NCBI GenBank assembly: GCA_963733195.1 | Contig: CAVTCR010000016.1 | Span: forward strand, 1-45,320 | Reading direction: 5' to 3' | Source: an uncultured delta proteobacterium | GTDB taxonomy: Bacteria; Desulfobacterota; Binatia; Bin18 | DNA length: 45,320 nucleotides | Part shown: positions 39,813 through 45,320 of the stretch, one piece after another | Layout of the letters: each line of letters starts with the position of its first letter | Position numbering within the stretch: the stretch's first letter is position 1 | Made by a program: the position numbers and the translations under genes | Notes under the pieces: generated by a model | What the model was told of the DNA's origin: nothing | Database searches by the model: none | Seen by the model: only the letters and a program-made list of their open reading frames with translations

Positions 39813-40165
39813 CCGACGTAGAAACGAGGACTACTGGCAGACGGACAGGAGATACGTTACCCAATAAAGAGAAGAAAACGATAAACCCTCGGCGTCCGAA
39901 CAAATCCGACTGACACCATGCCAACGGATAGTGACGCCTGGTGAGATCATTTGACCTCCTTGCCAGTATTCTCAACGAGGGAAAATGGCGGTTTGAGCCT
40001 CGTGTAAGTGCTGTGACCTTGCAAGGCCAAACCGCCTTCCCTCAATCGCCTTCACGCCACCGGATCACGTTGCTACACCAGTGGGCGATGTACGGTGGCT
40101 CCGCACACCTTTCAGGTGAAGGATGTGTAACTGTTGGAGTATGTAAGGAAACGTAGGGAGCTGTC

Positions 40166-40396
40166 ATGGCTACAATCGTCCTCAGCGAGCAAGAGCAACA
40201 GATGCTCATCGAACTACTGGAACGAGAGATCCCGAGTGTACGTGAGGAGATTTTACACACAGACACTGCGGATTATCGGGATTTTCTCAAAGACCGTGAA
40301 CACCGCCTGCGGGAACTCCTCAATCATTTGAAGGCGCAGGCTCTGATGCCGAATGCTTCTCCTTCTGGCGAAAAATCTTGGACGGAAATCACATGA
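40166..40396 (+). CDS. Small hypothetical helical protein
   Basis: GGGAG RBS; L.ELLERE...VREEILHTD..DYRDFLKDRE..LRELL. Confidence 0.7.
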   Translation: MATIVLSEQEQQMLIELLEREIPSVREEILHTDTADYRDFLKDREHRLRELLNHLKAQALMPNASPSGEKSWTEIT

Positions 40397-41047
40397 CAGA
40401 CACAAACCGCGGCCAAAGAAATTGCTAGCTGGAGACACGTTGTAATAGCCATGACAATTGGCTCATGGTCATGTAACGAGCGTTTCGGCGAATTCAGTCC
40501 GATGAGTGTAGTCACCCTACGTGATATTTCTATGGAATCATGGGGCTGTTCCTGAATTGACAGTTTACCGCGAGTCGGAGTAGTAGGGAAAAGACGCCCG
40601 AACGATGGAGGTGGGCGTTGTGGGGACAGGACAGGTGCGTATGGTCCGAGCGTCCCCAGTTCAACAACAACGAGGTGTTCTATGGGAGATCTCACGCCTC
40701 CTGGCTACAACCGCCCGCCGTGGTGGACACCGCCACCAGGTGGGTTTCCGAGCGACCGTTTCACTGTATAGACTAAGCCTTCATTGTGGTGCTTGAAAGC
40801 ACCGGCCGCTGTGCGGCCATACAAAAAGGAAGGTTTCACGTCACACGGAGCGATCAATTAACAGTGAACGGTGCAAACGGGAGTAACCTCCAGTCCATCG
40901 ACGGCGGGTGATGCGTAAATATGTAGTTGCATGAACCATGCGCGCATGGGACGTGTATGGCGGGCGACCTTCCTGAGAAGGTTGCCCGGATGGCACACTC
41001 GTGCGGCCTAAGGCGATGCCTGATGGATTCGATTTGGAGGGCCTCCA

Positions 41048-41835
41048 TGAAGACACTAGTGGGAATTTTTCGTTCTGCTGCGACCGCGGAAGCTGCCTTG
41101 CAGGCGTTACACGCATCAGGCCTGCCGGATGATGAGGTGCTTATGCTTACGCCGCGGTCGATCCTGAATCTCCATGTGGGACCATTACCCGAGTCGCATC
41201 CCCACGGATCCTGCGGGATCACTGCAGGTCACATTGCCGGAGCCATCACCGGCTTTGCTGGTGGTACGCTGAGTGGGGCCGTAATAATCCTCCTAGTACC
41301 TGGGGTTGGCCCACTACTCGCCACTGGTGCCTTGGCGCTTGCGAGCCTGATTGGCGTCGCTGTTGGTGCGGCAGTCGGTGATCTGTTGCAGAAGACTTTG
41401 GGACCACGCCTGTCGTACGAGGATGTCCTTGTCTATCGCGATGCGCTGAGACATGGACACGATATTGTGATTGTCCACCCAGCGGATGACGTGAAGACAG
41501 ACAAGGTGCAGCAAGTGTTCAGCGATTTTGGTGCTGAGAATCTTGAAGACGCACGCGACCATTGGTGGCACAGGCTACGGGATAGCCAGATTAAGGCTTC
41601 TGATACTCCTCACGACACATTCACTGCGACTGAGGTTGTCTACCTTCAGGGATTTGAAGCTGCGATAAACCCAGGCGTCTGGGGTCATTCGTACGAGAAG
41701 GCAGCGGCATTGCTACGTCAGCAAGAACCCGCGACCTATGAAGAGGTGGCGTTCCGGCATGGCTATGAACGCGGTCAGAGTTACCGGCGAGCGACACTAG
41801 AGACGAAACAGAAGGAAGTCATGCCAGTGCTCTGA
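41048..41835 (+). CDS. General-stress-protein-like (YflT-type N-terminus plus Gly-zipper) hypothetical protein
   Basis: GGAGG RBS before MKTLVGIFRSAATAEAALQAL..G, LLVPGVGPLLATGALA, Y.DALRHG..IVIV. Confidence 0.7.
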
Positions 41836-41886
41836 GATAATTGGTGATGTGTCAAAATCTGAAGGCATGGCTGACAGTAGGGGATT

Positions 41887-42456
41887 GTGGATAAAGTTGC
41901 CCGAGACGAGCCTATGAATCCACGTCTCCTCCTGCAACAGTTGATTGCCTATGAACAGCGCATTCATTGCTGGTACCAAACGTTGGCGGTAAGAGCCGTA
42001 ATGCCAGCCAAAGCACGCGCCTTTTGGCGGTCCATGGCCGAGGACCACCTTCAGTGTCTTGCGCTGTTGGAGCAATCGGAGCGGGTGTTGGACCTTATCG
42101 AATCGCTTCCGGAAGTTCTTCGTGACGTCTTTCTCAATGTGGAGAATCCGGTGGCAACCGCTGAAGCGGCGCTGCAGCGGGTTGACCTCAGCGTTGAGGA
42201 AGCACTGCAGCACAGCGTTAGCATTGAGTCCTCGGCGTTGAACGGACTTGTCCGTATGTGGCTCCAAGGGTTCTCAACCGCAGCTGGATCATTCTTGCCG
42301 GATCTGGAGCATGAACATCACGTACGCTACCGGCGTCTGGTCGAGACCATAGAGACCTTGAGTCACGACCCGCAGCTGTACGTGCAGGCCTTGGCGATTT
42401 GGCGTGCTGACCAGCCACATCTTAAGGGTCGAATTACTGTGCGCCTAAAATCTTGA
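41887..42456 (+). CDS. Ferritin/rubrerythrin-like four-helix hypothetical protein
   Basis: EQRIHCWY..L...FWRSMAEDH, IES, EHH..RL pattern; start uncertain. Confidence 0.5.
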   Translation: MDKVARDEPMNPRLLLQQLIAYEQRIHCWYQTLAVRAVMPAKARAFWRSMAEDHLQCLALLEQSERVLDLIESLPEVLRDVFLNVENPVATAEAALQRVDLSVEEALQHSVSIESSALNGLVRMWLQGFSTAAGSFLPDLEHEHHVRYRRLVETIETLSHDPQLYVQALAIWRADQPHLKGRITVRLKS

Positions 42457-42633
42457 GTCGGTTATTGATTCGACGAATGGTGCGGCCACACATCACGGTG
42501 GCTGTGCTTATCGGTTGCCTATGACTGTTCGCCGATGGATCGATGTCAGGAGAAAACGGACAGTTTCTCTCCCGCTGTTGTACAGCCCTACACAGTCGAA
42601 TCATTGTTTTCACGGTAACGATCATGTGTTTCT

Positions 42634-42649
42634 CGGCACGACCTTTGCG
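42634..42649 (+). promoter_or_regulatory. Sigma-54 -24/-12 promoter motif
   Basis: CGGCACGACCTTTGCG (GG-N10-GC). Confidence 0.55.
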
Positions 42650-42759
42650 GATATTTCCGGTTGAGGAGTATCGGCGGCCGTAAATAGAATGGGTGAACCG
42701 TAACGCTCATAATGAGGTGAAATACGAGAGCACGACTGCAGCGGAAGACGAGAAAACGT

Positions 42760-43275
42760 ATGGTGATCCAACGACGTGCATATCGTGATTCAATTATGGG
42801 GACCACCCCCATAAAAAATGCCGACGCCCAACGAAAATCCGGGGGAAGTATTCCCACTGGAGCGTGGCGGCGGCTGAGATCACTTACATCGACTGCCGGT
42901 ATTCCTCGTGAAAAAACGATAGAGGCCCCTGTCGATCGCAAGAGGCTTAGCTCCGTCAATGAAGGACCATTGCCAGTCCAGTTCTTTCCTGTCCCTATGG
43001 ACGCGGTCGCTACAGTGAACGGTGGCCAACGTCTCTTGCTCGCGGTACTCGAGAACGCATTGCATGTATGGGTGCGTTATTGTCACGCGCGCGATATCAA
43101 GGGGCACCGGATCTTTAAGGAGACCGAGAGCTGGTTCTGGTCTACCCAGCACGACTATCTGTGTTCCTTTGAGTGCATCTGCGAGCATCTGCAACTGGAT
43201 CCGAACTACATTCGTCGCGGCTTACGCGCTTGGCAACACGTCCAGACAGCGCCGCGCGCTTCTATACTCCCATAG
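42760..43275 (+). CDS. Hypothetical protein (RLLLAVLE..A...WF...SFE.IC..L.LDP..IR motif)
   Basis: The C-terminal half is protein-like; true start uncertain. Confidence 0.6.
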   Translation: MVIQRRAYRDSIMGTTPIKNADAQRKSGGSIPTGAWRRLRSLTSTAGIPREKTIEAPVDRKRLSSVNEGPLPVQFFPVPMDAVATVNGGQRLLLAVLENALHVWVRYCHARDIKGHRIFKETESWFWSTQHDYLCSFECICEHLQLDPNYIRRGLRAWQHVQTAPRASILP

Positions 43276-43485
43276 CAGTGGTGATGCCTGCGCGAGAATA
43301 TTCAAGATCGACCGGCCGGACTAAAGGGAGAGCGACAGTGTCCGGAGACTGTCCAAAGTGTCGTGTCCGATCGGACACGAGAAGGACACACTGAGATCGC
43401 CTTCCTGACCAAGGATGGTCTGACCCCAAGCGAATGACTCGGTTTGGGCTTGACCACCGTATTAACAGGGGAGGAGGGAAAGGGC

Positions 43486-44837
43486 CTTTTAGGGGTAGGG
43501 TTTTAGGCCGCCAGAAGCATCTCGGGAATTCCTCTCAGTGTGTTAGATTGAGCAGGCTGCGGCCACGGCTCTGGAATGAAGCGACCCCGCGGGAGACGAC
43601 GCTGATTGAGCAAGGCCACCAAGATGATGATCCAGCCTTGGCGAAAGATACTGACCAAGCGTAGTTGCGTCGCCTGTAGGGGCCGAGCTGCGGGAGCGTC
43701 GGCATCCGCCAACGGCAGCAACGTACTCACCGGAAGTGTCTCCTCCGCTAGGCCCCCGACACTGAGCAACCACACCGTCGCCACGGCCACCGCTAACCAC
43801 AATCGCGCGGCGCGCTGCGGATCACTCATACGGGTGCGCTGCCATTGCCACCCGCCACGTTTCGTAATCTTAAAGCCTTGTTCAATCCAGGCTCGTAATC
43901 CGTACCAACAGGCCTCCCCCGCACTGGGCGCGAGGTCGGTGAGCAACAACCACGGATCGTGATAGCTCTCGTCCCACCGCGCCAGTAGCGTGCAGTTGAG
44001 GCGCCGGCGCGCCCCCTGAAACGCCGTGCCCGTGCCCACCCACTGTGTACCAGGCTCCGGCACCAACTCGCGGAGCGGGTGATAGTGGGCGCTCTTGGCG
44101 GGCCGAAACGTCCCGCCGGTATTGATCCGCAGCAGCGGATGCCAGCCCAAGCGCACGATGCGCTGAAAGAGCCAGCGCGCATACAACCCGCGATCGGCGA
44201 GCACGATCACAAAAAACCGGCGCGGTACCACCGCCCGCACTTGGCGCAACATCCGCAACCATTCCCCACGCCACGCATGTTTCTCCGTGGCCGGTAACAC
44301 CGTCCACGCCACCGGAATCGCACAGCCCCGATAGACAACGCTGACCACTAACACGACGAACCGTTGCCCTAACGTCGTTGCATCTACAGCGAACGCCAGC
44401 TGCGTGCCCTCCCACCACCTCAGCACCCACGCCAATAACGGCGCAAAACAACTCTCCACCTGCAGCTCTTGCCGGGGACCGCCCCGTTTGGCCGTCGCCT
44501 CATAACACCATTCCCGCAATTGTTGCCGCACGCTATTGGGCTGACGCTCCAGCCCCGTCGCCAAAAAAAGACTCACCGCGGTCAGCGCACACGACCGCGC
44601 CAACACCATCCCCACACTCCACAACGCCAACACCGTCGCTTGCGGTTTGCTTAAGTGCGGCATATGGGTAGTGACCACCTGCGTCCATTGATACACTGCC
44701 TGTTGGCAAGACATCGCCTCCCTCCAACTCACTGAAATATGTCGCAATATCCCAGTATGCCGGTGGCGCGTCGTCTTGCCAGACCTCTCCCTTTGTAACT
44801 CGGTCAGCTCACTTCTCTAAAACCCTACCCCTGAAAG
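43486..44837 (-). mobile_element. IS4-superfamily insertion sequence with 21-bp terminal inverted repeats
   Basis: CTTTTAGGGGTAGGGTTTTAG (43486-43506) versus CTAAAACCCTACCCCTGAAAG (44817-44837), 20/21 match; imperfect flanking direct repeat GGGAA(G)AGGGC. Confidence 0.9.
43503..44714 (-). CDS. DDE transposase (IS4-like, DDE_Tnp_1)
   Basis: AVDAT, VLADRGLY, YGLRAWIEQGFKITKRGGW (YREK-like). Confidence 0.92.
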   Translation of the reverse strand: MSCQQAVYQWTQVVTTHMPHLSKPQATVLALWSVGMVLARSCALTAVSLFLATGLERQPNSVRQQLREWCYEATAKRGGPRQELQVESCFAPLLAWVLRWWEGTQLAFAVDATTLGQRFVVLVVSVVYRGCAIPVAWTVLPATEKHAWRGEWLRMLRQVRAVVPRRFFVIVLADRGLYARWLFQRIVRLGWHPLLRINTGGTFRPAKSAHYHPLRELVPEPGTQWVGTGTAFQGARRRLNCTLLARWDESYHDPWLLLTDLAPSAGEACWYGLRAWIEQGFKITKRGGWQWQRTRMSDPQRAARLWLAVAVATVWLLSVGGLAEETLPVSTLLPLADADAPAARPLQATQLRLVSIFRQGWIIILVALLNQRRLPRGRFIPEPWPQPAQSNTLRGIPEMLLAA

Positions 44838-44913
44838 GGGAAGAGGGCTAGATAGTTCTGCTGCGGATTCATTCCTGATAGAGCTTGGTTGAAGAAGGCT
44901 AGCATGGCACTGA

Positions 44914-45108
44914 TTACCCGTCGACTAGCACAATTGCTCCGCTCGGGCAGAGATCTACAACGTCTTCTGCTGCTTCGCGCAGAGCTTCATTAATTGCTTC
45001 GATGATTACTCGCGGTGTGCCGTCAGGGTCGGCCCTGATCAATTCCGCGTGCAAATATGAACACTGACCGGCCTTGCGGCATTTTTGATAATCAATCACT
45101 AGTCGCAT
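44914..45108 (-). CDS. Ferredoxin (3Fe-4S type), copy 2
   Basis: MRLVIDYQKCRKAGQC...CPSGAIVLVDG. Confidence 0.88.
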   Translation of the reverse strand: MRLVIDYQKCRKAGQCSYLHAELIRADPDGTPRVIIEAINEALREAAEDVVDLCPSGAIVLVDG

Positions 45109-45109
45109 C

Positions 45110-45320
45110 TCAGCGCCCTTCAACGTGCAAGCTGAGCGGTAGCCGTTCGAACCCAAAGACGACCGGGCTTTGCGATTGACGCACTGCGGGAGCGGCGCTG
45201 TGTGAGAGGAGGGAGAAGCGATCAAGAAACGCATTCAAGGAGATCTTTGCTTCTGCTCGCGCCAATGGCGCGCCTAAGCAGTAGTGAATGCCAACGCCAA
45301 AGGCGACATGATTACGCAGG
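45110..45320 (-). CDS. Cytochrome P450, C-terminus (continues beyond window)
   Basis: LRNHVAFGVGIHYCLGAPLARAEAKISLNAFLDRF...GFERLPL. Confidence 0.88.
   Translation of the reverse strand, partial: LRNHVAFGVGIHYCLGAPLARAEAKISLNAFLDRFSLLSHSAAPAVRQSQSPVVFGFERLPLSLHVEGR

Noticed and set aside
40991-41004. Sigma-54 motif TGGCACACTCGTGC upstream of the gene at 41048
   Set aside because: GG-to-GC spacing is 9 rather than the required 10 (unless a sequencing deletion).

Overview
Bacterial chromosomal window. The gene mix (paralogous cyclase-STAND genes, several luciferase-like monooxygenases, P450/ferredoxin, heptamer repeats) suggests Candidatus Binatia or an Entotheonella-like lineage; this is inference only. 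(1) 1-7.4 kb: two tandem, heavily frameshifted class III adenylate/guanylate cyclase-AAA ATPase-TPR (STAND) paralogs. A small opposite-strand operon (small protein plus retropepsin-like Asp protease) sits between them, and REP and heptamer repeats lie inside their reading frames. (2) 7.8-29.8 kb: intact backbone. It holds an LLM/SCP2-like/hydrolase cluster, rmlD, an APC permease, a tandem-LOG protein, a Coq4-like gene, a bufferin-type MNIO RiPP operon, TVP38/DedA, glgC, SPFH/NfeD, an orphan zf-HC2 anti-sigma, a MerA-like reductase, a GH63-like glucosidase, a variant hisI and a MetE-like gene. A shared TGAAAC-N16-CAT(C/T) ECF-type motif precedes the bufferin, TVP38 and MerA-like/anti-sigma units. 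(3) 30.1-34.2 kb: an integrase-less array of attC-bounded cassettes carrying HEPN-motif and nuclease-like genes. (4) 34.3-45.3 kb: a ~10 kb segment (PAS histidine kinase, NtrC-type regulator, three sigma-54 promoter motifs, an IS4-like element) bracketed by a duplicated P450 3' end plus ferredoxin. No rRNA, tRNA or CRISPR array was seen.
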